Shown piece by piece: positions 11,650 to 24,452 of a stretch of 44,190 bases of DNA. The stretch is from assembly GCF_001194135.2 (NCBI RefSeq), contig NC_068986.1, forward strand, positions 62,676,566 through 62,720,755, in the 5' to 3' direction. A program made the position numbers and the translations under genes. The stretch is from Octopus bimaculoides (lineage: Eukaryota). The notes under the pieces were generated by a model that did no database searches, was not told where the DNA came from, and saw only the letters and a list, made by a program, of their open reading frames with translations. Position 1 is the first letter of the stretch. Every line of letters begins with the position of its first letter.

Positions 11650-12390
11650 CCATAACACAACTCACTCTGCTAGAAATTTGGAAACGACATGCTGTACATG
11701 CTCCAATACGAACATTTCAGTGTGTTTGGGTGTCAATATGAAGATAGTGCAATCTGAGGACATGTACCGAGAGTGATAAAAATGAAACATCCAGTCAACA
11801 TCGTGGTGTTTGGAGTAATCACTAGTGATGATGACATTATGCCTCAATTCATCTTCCAACACGGCTTCAGACATGACATGGAGGCCTACATCAAATGCCG
11901 CGAGAAGGTAGTGCTGCCATGTGTCAAGAGGGTGGCTGCTGGAAGACCTTATGTCTAGCAACAGGACTCTGCACCATGCCACACATGCAGGAAAACCCAG
12001 TCATAGCTGTCAGAAAATTTCTGAGACTACATCACCTCTAATATTTGGTCATCTAACTTCCCAGACTGCAACCCCCTTGATTATTATGTGTGGGGCACAG
12101 TTGAGCGAGAGACCAACAAAACTCCTTGTAACACCAAAGATGAACTGAAGGCAAGGATTATGGCAGCATTCAGCAACTTAAACAAAGAGACCATCCAGAA
12201 GAGCTGCAGGAGATTCCGAAGTCATTTGGAGGCCATGGTTAAAGCCAATGATGATTTTATTGAATAAATTTACTCTTTAGAATTTGAAAATAATTTTATG
12301 TAATTTTGGTAAATATATCTGTTGGAATGAAATGTTCGTGTTATTTTCGTTTTTTGTAATTTAGACGACAGTTTATTCACCGCCTCTTGT
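11650..12390 (+). mobile_element. Tc1/mariner (maT, DD37D-like) transposase remnant with right TIR
   Basis: ...HPVNIVVFGVITSDDDIMPQFIF...QQDSAPCH...CNPLDYYVWGTVERETNKTPCNTKDELKARI...FIE*, interrupted by stops. Confidence 0.85.
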
Positions 12391-13123
12391 ACATACTCAA
12401 ACATGTATGTTTTGCATGTGTGTGTGTGTATTTATATACATATGGGTGGAAAGCATAAAGTGGTCAGGATTGTAAGACAGTATGTTGGAGAGAACTGAGA
12501 TGTCATAGGTGAGAACTGTATTCAAGATGATGAAAGTACAAGTGCTATTATGAGAGGCTAATGAATGAGAAGTGCTGTCCCTCTACAGAGCAACCAGCAA
12601 TTCAAGTTGACAGCAGTGTGGTAGATAAAGTGAGTAAGGACATGAGAGAACAGTGGAGCTATCAGGGGTACTCACAGAGATGCTAAAGATAACTGGTGAC
12701 ATGTTCTACATGTTAAATAAGGGTTTATACCCAATGAATGGCATTACATTATTATCGTGAACTGCTTCAAAATCAAAGAAATGCCTTAGAGCCTTAGTTC
12801 CCAAACTGGGGTTCACAGACCACGAGGGGTCCATGAAGCGATTTTAAGGGGTCCATGAAGGAGTTGTCAATTTTCAGATTTATAATGTTCAAAACCCTAG
12901 GTTTTCCAGTTTTAACCAAAACTGAAACCATTGAACATGCATGCACTACACAGAAGCCCTAATTTACGTGTTAAAAAAAACAACCTTACAGATAGAATGC
13001 ATTTGAGGTGCCGCACACAGGGCGTACACACATGTACTTGAATGCAAGTGTCTCTCTGCAGCTTTATTGATTGGTGCGGGGATATGGGTACAACAAGTCT
13101 AAACAGGATTGAAAATTGGCAGT

Positions 13124-13730
13124 GTAACAGCCCAGAATATACCCCTGCCCAGACTATAACTGGGGCTAGTCTGGGCTAGCCCAGACTATACCCACTCCAG
13201 ACAACTAGGCCAGAATATACCCCTGCCCAGACTATACCCCATGCTTGTGGACAAATGACACAGATGTACCTCGCTTATAAAAGTTGCCTCATAACATATG
13301 TAAGATTTGATATCACTCAATGAAGAATTAAAAGTTACATGTAAATTTCGATTTAAACATAGCAATTTAGAATTATCAAATCTGCAAAATACTTTAAAGT
13401 GTACCAATATAAATCCAACATGAATGGCCACATCTGTGCAAGTCTAGGCCATGACTCACAGTACAAGTGTGCTGTGCAGCATGTGTGAGTCATCAATTAT
13501 TTTCCAATCTACCTATACATTGGGTTTATTTTGGTACATTGAATATATGCATTTGATAATTCTAAACTGCTATGTTTAAATCGAAATTTACATGTAACTT
13601 TTAATCCTTCATTGATTGATATCAAATTTTATATATGTTCTGAAGCACCTTTTATAAATGAGGTACATCTGTGTTATTTGTCCGCAAGCATGGAGTATAG
13701 TCTGGACAGGGGTATATTCTGGGCTGTTAC
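13124..13730. mobile_element. Fold-back MITE with long inverted arms nested in the hAT
   Basis: Termini gtaacagcccagaatatacccc ... ggggtatattctgggctgttac. Arms about 13124-13420 and 13520-13730. Possible 3-bp TSD agt. Confidence 0.85.
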
Positions 13731-14149
13731 AGTGGCTGTAACACCAGCTCATTGATGACATAGTCTGTTAAAGTAGTTTATGAAGAGGTTGTGATTTGTT
13801 TTCACCATCACACATTTACGAACGCCTATATTTTTGACATATTTATCATCGTAAGTTCATTCTTGATTTTACTTTTTATGTTTGTATTGAGCATCAATAA
13901 GTAGGGACCTAGTAAACCAATAAAAAAACAAGCTAGTAGCACTGTCAGAATTAAGACGTTCATTCTACATAAAGTACCTAGTGACTTTTAGTTTAAATTT
14001 TCGAAAGTAGTTACAAGGCATTACAATGGTAAGAAACTTGACCTAAGTCAAACTGAATGACTAAAATTAGGATATTGAAATAAAACAAAATTAACCAATT
14101 TTGAAGTACTAGGTTGTCAAAAAAGTTCTTGTGGTTTTTAACCTTTAAA

Positions 14150-14290
14150 TTCAGATGCACATATCTTGCCAACACGAAACAAGTTTATTTATGCCAGTAG
14201 AGTAAAAATTCTGCGTTCTGGTGGCAATGAAGTCGTTGAAGGTGTTTGGCATCATCTTGGTTTTTGAAACATTTCTCATGCTTGGTTGCC
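14150..14290 (-). mobile_element. Mariner C-terminal fragment inside the hAT
   Basis: Translates FKNQDDAK..NDFIATRTQNFYSTGINKLVSCWQ. Confidence 0.7.
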
Positions 14291-15829
14291 ACTCTGGCTT
14301 TCAGACAATGGTGAAAAGAAGTCTCCTAATGCAATTGGTATGCATTATACACTTCATCACCAAGCATTGATGGTTAAAACAATGCCTAACCATTTGAAGA
14401 ATGTTTTGACTGATGTGGTCAAAGCGGTAAGTTTTATCAAAGCCAATTCTCTAAACTCGCGTCCTTTTGCTGACTTGTGCAAGGACAATGGACTCCGATT
14501 TTGAAATACTTTTACTGTACTTGCATGTGAGGTAGTTATCCAAAGGGAGAGTACTGAAAAGAGTCATCGTTCAATGAAAGAAGATACACAAATTTGTTCA
14601 TGGTGCTAGAAAAGAACTGCACAGATAATTCTCCAATACTTGGTTCCTTATATGTCTCTTCATTTTGGTCAACATTTTTGAATCAGTTAATCCTGTTAAC
14701 TTAGCACTACAAGGAAAGGACATTACCATTGTTCACTGTCATGAAAAAATGACTGCATTTAAAATGAAGTTCCATTTATGGCATTCTAAATCGGAATGTG
14801 AGAATTTTGCATCATTTCTGAACCTCAATACTTTCCTTAATGAAGATGTCCTTTGAGCTAATGCCTGACATCCTTGATATAATGAAACAGCATGTCTTAA
14901 TTCTTCACACTGAAATTCAAAGGTACTTCCACGACCTACAAAACTTTGAAGAAGTTCATCATTTCATAACCAATCCCTTTGCAATCTCTGTTGTTGACCT
15001 CCTGTCAGATTACATCATTCAAAAACAATTCAATGACTTGCTGTATGATGGAGGTGCAAAGAATGCCTTCCGTAACATGTGTTGCAGTGAATTCTGGATT
15101 GAAGTGATGCAGCCCTATCCAGATGTCATCAAATTGGCCCTCAAATTCATTGTCCCATTCACAACAATGTATGAATGTGAGATGGCTTTTGCAACTTTAC
15201 TCGCAATCAAAACAAAGGCTCACAATAAACTGGGGTCACATTATCAAAACAAGTTCACTCCTCTCATTGGAATTTTTTATTTTATCAGTAAATTTTTATC
15301 TCATGAAAAATTATTTTATACAAAATCATTTTACTTTGTTACTCTTCTCTGATCTTTTCAATTTTGTGGTGGGAATGGGAGTCTGCAAACGTTTGGGAAC
15401 CAAGGCTTTAGAGTGAAGCAACTACAGAGGAATTGAACTACTAGATCAAGTTATGAAGGTCATCGAGTAGGTCATAGCACAATTCATTTGCGGCAGTGAA
15501 GACCTGGATGAGATGCAGTTTAGTTTTGTAACTGGTAAGGCAACTACAGCAGAAATACTTGGCTAAGAGTAAACCGCTATTTCTGGTATTTATTGACTTG
15601 TCAAAAATATTTGACAGGGTACCACATTCATTAATTAGGTGGTACATATGAAAACTATGTATAGACCAATAGCTTGCAAGGATGGCAGAGGCTATGTACA
15701 AAGATGCAATAAGTGGGAGTTGACAACGATTTTAGTAATGAATTTAGTGTGGAGGTAGAAGTCTACTAAGGTTCAGTTCTCAGTCCTCTCTAACTAGCCA
15801 TTCATAGAAGAGTTAAGACTGGTTGTATA

Positions 15830-17034
15830 TGAGGGTTGGCTGAAAAGTACATAGGCTGACTAAGCTGCTTTCATGGAACGTGACCAAATGAAGTTTATTT
15901 TTTGATATGGTCCCCATTGCGGTCCGTGCACTTTTTCCACCAGTGTTGCAGTGCTTGCATTTCATTGGTAATGAAGCTTTCATCCTGTTAGTAAAAAAAG
16001 TCATCAACAGCAGATATGACATCACCATCACTGTGATGCAGGTAACCAGCCAAGGGTTTTTTTCATGTTGTGGAAGAGATGACAGATGGAGTCAAATCAA
16101 AAGAATAAGGAGGGTGATCAACCAGTTTAAAGCCACAGTCATGCAGAGGAACCATTGAAACCAAGGATGTGTGTGCTGGAGCATTTTCCTGATGAAAAAA
16201 GACCCCTTTTGTCAGTTTTCCTGGGCGTTTGTTCTTGATAACCTATTGTAACTACCTCAGTAAGATGGCATAGTACTCTCCATTGATGGTGTGGCTCTTT
16301 TGAAAATAATCAATAAACACAATGTCTTTTGTATCCCCAAAACTAGCCCCCACCTTTCCTCCAGATGAAATGACCTTAGCCTTGTTTGGAGCAGGTGAGA
16401 AGGGGTGTTTCTACAGCATGGATGGTCTTTTTGTCTCTAACTCCTGAGCTAGGAAATATTCAAGGAAACCAGCATTAATGTGATCAGTCTGGTGTGCTTT
16501 TCATCAGATGTCAGGAGACGTGGCACCCACTGAGCAGAAACCTTCACCATGTCAAGTTCATTATGCAGAATATTCTCAACTATCATGGCATTGGCTATTT
16601 GATTTATAGTCAATCACCTATTATCCATCAGCATGTGGTGAACATGTTCTCCTTGGCGGTAACAGTTGCAGGACATCCAGACTTTGGGTTATCTTCAAGA
16701 CTCTCCCTTTCCTGCCTAAATTCATCTGCCCACTTTTGCAGTGTTGATAAAGCTGGAGTGTCATCCTCTAATGTAGCAACCATATTGGTATGTATGTCAT
16801 CATTAGGGGCTAAATCACTTTCCTGCAGGTACTTGATAACAACACAATGCCAAATTTTGTCCATTTTCGAGAGGAGTCACCACTAGTTACTTTTAAAATC
16901 TTCTTTGAACAGTCAGATATCAGTTTATCTGGAAAGAAACTATGCAGTTATTAATACGAAGGGCTGAAAATAAATTTCACAGCTGTAGCATCACTCCTTC
17001 ATAGTCTGCATATGTAGTTTTCAGCCCACCCTCA
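15830..17034 (-). mobile_element. Mariner element, full span, decayed
   Basis: TIRs tgagggttggctgaaaagtac and gtagttttcagcccaccctca. HTH ORF at 16628-16864 (LSTLQKWADEF...SLEDNPKSGCP) and C-terminal HPPYS.DL.PS. Confidence 0.88.
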
Positions 17035-18039
17035 CATGGGAACTATAGGCTGATGATCTAGTTCTTGGAGTGTAGTAGAATTAGGAAATTGCAGACATGG
17101 AAGCTAAACCTAGAATTGAGAGGCCTCATGGTAAAATTAGCAAAGAGTAGGAAAGAAGGCAGGATCCTGCTATCTTCAGGGATATGCAGAAAAGAAGTAT
17201 GTTGAACTTTGTGTATGCTATGGACATTATATGAGGTGTAGTGGAATCACAGGCAAAATAACAAGCTTCATATTTGACATGTACTGGAGCAGTATGTACT
17301 ATAAACATTCCACAAAGGGATTTCCTTAAATGCCAGGATGATTCAGTAAAAGTAGCTGATTGCTCTGGAAGTACTGTAGTCACGATATGAACAGGTTGGA
17401 AAAAGTTCAGGTAGCTTCTATCTCTGTGGCTACAAAGGCCTTTTCCTCAGAGTGAAGAGGAGATTCTACAATGCTTATGTTAGAGCTGTGATGCAGCATG
17501 GTAAGGAGAAATGGGCCTTGAATGCAAAAAATTTTGAAAAGACTAGGAAGAAATAAAACTAGCATGCTCCGCTGGATGTGCAATGTAAATGTCCATGAAC
17601 AACAAAATACAAATGTGTTGAGAGAAAGAAAAACTGGGCATAAGAGGAATCAGATGTAGCATGCAAGAAAAAAGACTGCACTGGTATGGATATGTGATGT
17701 CTATGGATGAGGTATAGTAAAATGTTGATCACTTAATGTCGATAGAGTTTTCAGAAGAAGAACCTGCTGGAATGTATGGGACAAAGTGGTGAAGACTGAA
17801 CTCAGGACCACCTCGTAGAGATGTTGACAAAGAACTGGGATATCTGGTGTTATGTGGTACTTGAGAAGATCCATATGTCTTGGTAAGACTAAGATTCTGG
17901 AAGTACAATATGAATTTATATGTGCAACTGGGCTCCCATCCACTTCTTCCTCAATATCCATTATCTCTTTAATTGCAGTATTCTGCTAATGTAATTAAAT
18001 GTAAGTAGAACTGTAAACTTCACCAACTTTTCCCTGATC

Positions 18040-18780
18040 ACACTTATCTTTCTCACTGTCTAGAACTATTTCCACCCACATTTTACATTGATCATCCTTC
18101 TATGCCACCAGAAATGATGGTTTCCATCTCCCATACTATCTTCACTTCTCCACTACCACCCTCTCCCTATGCACCACTACTGCCTTTCTCCTCTCACACT
18201 CTTGCAATTTACCCACCACATATCATCTCACTCTCCTCTGGTCTTTCTTTTTCTCTCATCTTCTTATCCTTCCTCTGTCTATTGTATCATTATTACTATT
18301 TTGCTGTTCTTCACCCTTTTGTGTACTGTCAGTCATCTACTTTCCCCAACTCATATGTATCATTAATCACTTCATACTTGTTATCTACTATTTACTACAT
18401 CCACTCTTCAACCCTACCCAATTTCTACAGTTGTCACCTCCTCTTCTTTACCTTCCCTCCAATGTATACTTATTGTTATTCAACACTTGTTCTTCATTCC
18501 CACACATCTCTAACCATCTCTCCATCTCCCCATACATTTTTGTAAACTTTACCTTTCCACACACCCTGTTATGTCCCTACTCACTTCAACTTTCCTTATA
18601 CTTGAGGATTCAGCCCAACACCTTATCACCATCATCTTTTTCAATTCAATTCCAGTTACTTTTGCCCTCTTTCTAATGTCAGTTGATATGTATTCCTTAA
18701 CAGCCAGAAATTTGTTTTGATCAGGACCCTTCTTCTCATCTCCTTGCATAAAAATACCTCCCACTCTATACTAACCCCAC
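18040..18780. mobile_element. C/T-rich decayed retroelement-like remnant, family not resolved
   Basis: Strong strand asymmetry resembling old Penelope copies, with a similar tract at 25440-26020. No clean motif was recovered. Confidence 0.25.
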
Positions 18781-18829
18781 TCAAAAGAGATCTTAGTCTT
18801 GCAAGCTGCATAGAGATCTCATGAGAGCA

Positions 18830-19010
18830 CCCAGTATATTCAGTAAAGTGGTTGGTATGAGGAAGGACATCCAGCTGTTAGAAACCATACCAAAGCAGAC
18901 AGAGCATAATGCAGCTCTCAGACCCATCAAATCTTGACAAACCATCCAACATGTGCCAACATGGAACATGGATATCAAAAGATGATGATAATAATGATGA
19001 AGTATGATGT
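18830..19010 (+). mobile_element. SINE 3' half
   Basis: gtggttggtatgaggaaggacatccagctg...ccaacatggaacatgg...(gat)n. Relatives at about 22545-22790 (-), 26330-26570 (+), 31640-31830 (-) and 37965-38170 (+). Confidence 0.75.
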
Positions 19011-19666
19011 GAGTAGCCATCAAAAATGACATCCCAAAATAGCCAAGCAATGTGAATGGCTGAGATAGTTGATGCTTAACAATTGTTAGTTAGTGGTTAT
19101 GACCACTTAAAAATTAATGTAAATCTTATCTATAAAAGGCATATTTTTCTGTGTGTGTGTATGTTGAAAATTCATACATTTACACAATTCCAAATTTCTT
19201 GAATGAAAGAGTCGGAATTAATATTCTAAATACCATAACTTAGGTCACAGCGTCATTTTTTCCTTCAAAATAACACATAATTACGAATAAAATCCATTAA
19301 ACTACACAAAATAACATTTTCCCCCCTAATAGAATCTAATTTCCTCTTTCTACTACCTTTACAAATCCTTTCGACTCCTAGTTTCTCTTATGAACCTTTA
19401 CCAACAATCCAACAACAAATACAAAAAGAAAGGAAGGAAAAACACTGACAGTAAAAGAAAACTCTTTCAGTATCAAAACTGAAACAATCACATTTCCAGA
19501 CTGTAATGACAGGTACTTTCACTTTAATGTATTCATTTTCATATTTCGAACTCCGTCCTTCACCATGATAACAAAAAAAAAAAAAAAAAATTGCCACACA
19601 TCTTTCTCAAATACGATCAACAAACATTTATTCCCTACAAACTGTGAGTTTTTTAGAAAATATTTT

Positions 19667-19762
19667 CGTAAATCTTGAGATTAACACCCGCACGATTATC
19701 TACCTAACCCTAACCCTAACACTGTAGTGAAAATCATGCCGGTGTTAATCTGAAAATTTAAC
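19667..19762. mobile_element. Short copy of the Merlin-like telomeric MITE
   Basis: Decayed TIRs (gtaaatcttgagattaacacccgcacgatt / aatcatgccggtgttaatctgaaaatttaac), core cctaaccctaaccctaacact, TSD aatatttt / aatctttt (7/8 match). Confidence 0.75.
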
Positions 19763-19884
19763 AATCTTTTTTAAAACACATTTACTTACTAACATTTTTT
19801 TATTTAGTGTGTGTGTGTTGCCCATATATATATACACTTAAGACTTAGTTGTGGGTTAGGAGTTTGATCAGCAAAGGGTGGATT

Positions 19885-20030
19885 GGGGCAGGTGGACAAT
19901 AGTCGATTATATTGACCCCTGTGTTCAACTGGTACTTATTTTTTATACACCGAAAGGATGAAAGGCAAAGTCGACTTCGGCGCAATTTAAACTCAGAACA
20001 TTGAGATGGGCACAAATCTCCCGTTGCGAC
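19885..20030 (-). mobile_element. SINE, second family
   Basis: gtcgattatattgacccctgtgttcaactggtacttatttt...gaaaggatgaaaggcaaagtcgacttcggcgcaatttaaactcagaac, which I recognise as an abundant cephalopod-type SINE core. Confidence 0.7.
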
Positions 20031-20352
20031 ACTGATTCTGCAGGACAGGGTTGAGTGTGAAAACCAACTTTAAAGTGTAAATATAGATGTTTTTGAATAC
20101 ACACTCATGCATACATATGTACAATTACACACATACATACAAATAAACACATACATACCTGTCACTCTCTTCCAAATACGATCGACAGTCAAACATTTAT
20201 TCCCTACAAACTGAATTTTTGGAATATCTTTCTTAAAACGCATTTACTTACTACTATATATATATAGAGAGAGAAACACAGAATACACATTAATACACAC
20301 ATATATACAAATACCTGTCATTTTTTTTTATTTAGTGTGTGTGTGTTGCCCA

Positions 20353-21646
20353 CCTTAATATATAATGCTGAAGTTGTGTATCTGTGTGAAGCCTTTTTAA
20401 AAGTATATAGAAATCAACATTTTCCACTTTTTCGTAAACATTTTTACATCAATGGAATTTTCTCGATGTGAACTTTCCAGTGCAGTAATTAGATTTTTAA
20501 AATTCCATTTACTTTGTGTGATTTAAGGGAGATTTGGCTGTTATTTCTAGCAACTTTTATATTTCTTCCCTTCAACCTGTACCAGCGTTCTTANNNNNNN
20601 NNNNNNNNNNNNNNNNNNNNNNNNNNNNNNNNNNNNNNNNNNNNNNNNNNNNNNNNNNNNNNNNNNNNNNNNNNNNNNNNNNNNNNNNNNNNNNNNNNNN
20701 NNNNNNNNNNNNNNNNNNNNNNNNNNNNNNNNNNNNNNNNNNNNNNNNNNNNNNNNNNNNNNNNNNNNNNNNNNNNNNNNNNNNNNNNNNNNNNNNNNNN
20801 NNNNNNNNNNNNNNNNNNNNNNNNNNNNNNNNNNNNNNNNNNNNNNNNNNNNNNNNNNNNNNNNNNNNNNNNNNNNNNNNNNNNNNNNNNNNNNNNNNNN
20901 NNNNNNNNNNNNNNNNNNNNNNNNNNNNNNNNNNNNNNNNNNNNNNNNNNNNNNNNNNNNNNNNNNNNNNNNNNNNNNNNNNNNNNNNNNNNNNNNNNNN
21001 NNNNNNNNNNNNNNNNNNNNNNNNNNNNNNNNNNNNNNNNNNNNNNNNNNNNNNNNNNNNNNNNNNNNNNNNNNNNNNNNNNNNNNNNNNNNNNNNNNNN
21101 NNNNNNNNNNNNNNNNNNNNNNNNNNNNNNNNNNNNNNNNNNNNNNNNNNNNNNNNNNNNNNNNNNNNNNNNNNNNNNNNNNNNNNNNNNNNNNNNNNNN
21201 NNNNNNNNNNNNNNNNNNNNNNNNNNNNNNNNNNNNNNNNNNNNNNNNNNNNNNNNNNNNNNNNNNNNNGCCCAATCTGATAGAATTCTGGCAGAACTGT
21301 GTAGCAACAGATCCCCAGCAATTGCTTCATCAGAAATTGCCATCCTAGCTCCTGCGAAAAGGGATTACCCTGCTATGTATAATCAAGGCAGTGCAAAAAG
21401 TTGTTTTGCACAAGCATTTGTATAGCCAATTAGACGGATGAAATTTACGTATGCTTAATAATGTTACGCAAAACAGCCTTCAGACTTTCCCTATTAATTT
21501 CATCGTCTTTTGAATTATGAACATATTTACATCATAAGGGTTTTTTTCGTTGTAAGGCTTTCTTTTTTAGTTGATTTTCACCTAGCAAGACTTATCGTAG
21601 ATGTCGTAATAAGTCAAACCCGAACAATGCCGGGTTATACTGCTAG
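20353..21646 (+). mobile_element. Non-autonomous Helitron, copy 2 (both ends present, middle in N-gap)
   Basis: 5' A|(c)cttaatatataatgctgaag. 3' hairpin cccgaacaatgccggg, then CTAG|T at 21643-21647. Inserted between A and T with no TSD. Confidence 0.82.
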
Positions 21647-22220
21647 TATAATTATAAAAATATAACCCCAATTTTTGTTATGAATAATAGGAAAGATATA
21701 AAAAATTGCTTGTGTCCCTGTGTCGATGCTGTGAAAAATAACAGAAGTGACTATACTTCTGAAGGGTTTCTTGTGAGAAAAATCATTATGCATTGTGCTC
21801 TTTAGATGAAATTTTACCTGGTTTTTCAGGTTGAAGTATTAGATATATGTGTATTGATTCTGTTGCAGTTTGAAAGTGCTTGCCATTGAGCCTATATATC
21901 ATTTGATAGTTGAATCATAATTTGTGGGCACCTTAATCCGGTATGAAACATCAAGCTTAACAGAAGCCATTTAATGTGTGTGCGACTGTATTGATAAATT
22001 TCATTTTGTAATGTGTTAGAAATTGTTGAAAATGTAAGTTAATACATAACACTTTTATGTAACATTTTAGTAATTTAATTAAGTCCAGGATGTAGTTGCA
22101 CTTTAGGAACTCTAGATTTAGACAAACAAGGCCAGCATATAAAAGACATATACTTTTATTAATGAGATGATTCAATGTAAACAAAAGGTAAGTAAAAATG
22201 ATGGATTATATATAACTTAC

Positions 22221-22340
22221 CTATACACTTTTTACCATTGTTAAGTTTATAGCCAAGTCTACATTGACATTGGTAGCTTCCTGGTGTGTTTTTACAAACA
22301 TGCTGACATCCACCATTTGATATAGAACATTCATTGATAT
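22221..22340 (-). CDS. Internal exon encoding a calcium-binding EGF-like domain: (D)[39 protein letters not shown]
   Basis: 120 nt, flanked by ...ttctag and gtaagt, phase 1-1. Six Cys with D-x-N-E-C and C-x-N-x-x-G-S-Y-x-C motifs. Not present in the ORF track. Confidence 0.93.
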   Translation of the reverse strand: MSMNVLYQMVDVSMFVKTHQEATNVNVDLAINLTMVKSV

Positions 22341-23654
22341 CTAGAACAGATCATAATACCAAATACATAAAGTGATGCAATTTAGACATTATATATATAT
22401 GTATATATATAAAATTCATAATAGTAACAAAATTTAAAAAATCAAAACCTTTGATATGATTTGAACACATTTTATGTTTTTAGAGATCAATATACTACCC
22501 CTCTCTCTTTCTTTTTTCCTGTCTACAAGTACACATGCATGCATAATGTATGCATGCATGTATTACCATCATCATCATCACATTTCCATCTTTACATTGG
22601 TCAGACAGACTTTGTTGAGGCAGATTTTCTACAGTCAACTGCCCTTCTTCTCATCAATCCTCTCCTGTTTCCAAGCATGATAAAATTTCCTCATGGTTGG
22701 ACATGATTCCAAGAAAGACTGGAAACATGGGATTACTCGTATGACAGTGACACTCTTTTGTAATAATCCTGTGATGTCACAACAAAGAGATACAGACACA
22801 TACATACACACATACACATGAATGCATACATACGTAAATGCACACACTTCACACACACAATGGGCCTCTTTCAGTTTCCATCTCCCAAATTCACTCACAA
22901 GGCTTGGTTGACCTGTGGTTATTGTAGAAAGCACTTATCCAAGGTGCCACATGGTAGGCCAAAACTTAGACCACATGGTTGTGAAGACAAGCTTCTTAAC
23001 TACACAGCCATGCCTGTGCTTATGCACACAGACACACACACACACTCACATGTTTACACACACACACTCACATGTTTACACACACACACTCACATGTTTG
23101 CACACACAGATGGATGAATGAATGTATATCTGTTGTTTGACAATGAAGATTCAATTGTTTGATCAACTGTATTACCTTCTCATTAAATAAATGAGTAAGT
23201 GACTGTGCATTCTACAGACACATGTACTCTTAATGTAATTCTCAGGCAGAATCAGCATACCACAGTGTGTGTGACAAGGCTCTACTCTTTGAATTACTGG
23301 TACAATCCATCTAATGGGTTTCTGCACAGTATATGAAAGCAATTGTTATATATAGTGCTCAGGTACACTACAACTAAGAAAAAAAAAAAGAAAAGCCACC
23401 TATACATCTATCCAATTTCCCTCACAAGATATGTGTTGACCTGAGGTTGTAAATAATAATAATTGCCCAAGATAGTATGTATTGATATTGAACCTAGTAC
23501 ATTGTGGTTGTAAACTGAACTCCTTAACCATTCACCCATATTTGTACCTACCCATACATATGTACATACATACGTACATACATACGTACATACATACGTA
23601 CATACATACGTACATACGTACATACGTACATACATACATACATACATACATACA

Positions 23655-24452
23655 TAATGATGATGATGGCCGTCCACTCGTGACCGAGGAAGACCATTGC
23701 CGACCTTCAGGAATATTGTGCGCTCTAGGACTAACTTATATTTTGCATTTGTGGCTCCGTTGGTGGCTAATGAGCCCTGCTCTTGACAAGCATGCACGAC
23801 TGCAAACATTGCAGATTAAGCTTTCCCCATTCACTATATGAGCCGTGTGCTTTCGCACAGCTCACTTAAGTTCTTCATGCTAAATACATGCTCTCTCAAA
23901 AGTGTCAACCTCCTCCTTAACCTGCTTCCTCCATCCGTGGCAATGACAGGCATTGTTCTCCCAGTCAGTGTTCTGCATATCACAGGCCTTTAATGAGGAC
24001 TTGACACAGTCCTTAAATTGCAGCCTTGGTTTCTGCCGGAGTCTCCTTCCATTCACAAGTTCTCCATAGAGCATCTGCTTAGGAATCCTGCTATCCTTCA
24101 TTCTAATAAGGTGTCCAGTCCAACATAACCGTTGCATGTGCACCATCGCCTCAATACTCAAGATATTAGCTGTCCTCAGGATCTGTGTGTCTGGAATTTT
24201 TGAGGTCCAACCAACATTGAGAATGTGCCTGAGACATCTCTGATGAAAGCGTTCAAGGACCCTTACCTGACATTTGTACAGAGTCCATGTTTCACACGAG
24301 TAGAGGAGCGATGTCAATACACAAGCATGGTACACAGCAACTTTTGTTTACCTTGCGATGCCATGCTGGGATCAGACACAAGACTGAAGAAACCGGAAGG
24401 AGCAACTCTCTGCAACCTGAAACATATTTCCTCATCCAGGGAGCAAGAATGC
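23655..24452 (-). mobile_element. RTE (BovB-like) LINE 3' fragment with C2H2 finger and (CAT)n tail
   Basis: ORF 23880-24335 has LLYSCETW, LERFHQRCLRHIL, W.GHL.RM.D.R.PK.MLYGEL. Downstream: CNVCSRACLSRAGLISHQRSH. Same family as 29690-29850. Confidence 0.92.

Larger units (their letters stand above)
12792..15405 (+). mobile_element. hAT DNA transposon (Buster/Charlie, ZBED5-like), defective
   Basis: TIR ccttagttcccaaac versus gtttgggaaccaagg (14/15 match). TSD ccttagag (12784-12791) and ctttagag (15406-15413) with central TA. Transposase pieces at 14290-15250: HHQALMVKTM..LKNVL..VVKAVSFIKANSLNSR; LALQGK; EFW...YP...KLALK..VPF.T.YECE.AF..L..IKTK. Confidence 0.92.
12460..17900 (+). mobile_element. 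Old RTE LINE RT region split by hAT and mariner insertions
   Basis: IVNCFK..NALE | hAT | SNYRGIELLDQVMKV...FIDLSKIFDRVP...KTGC | mariner | WEL.(Y)ADDLVL...GWKKFR...SMLRWMCNV...RLHWYG. The motifs rejoin across both insertions. Confidence 0.8.
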
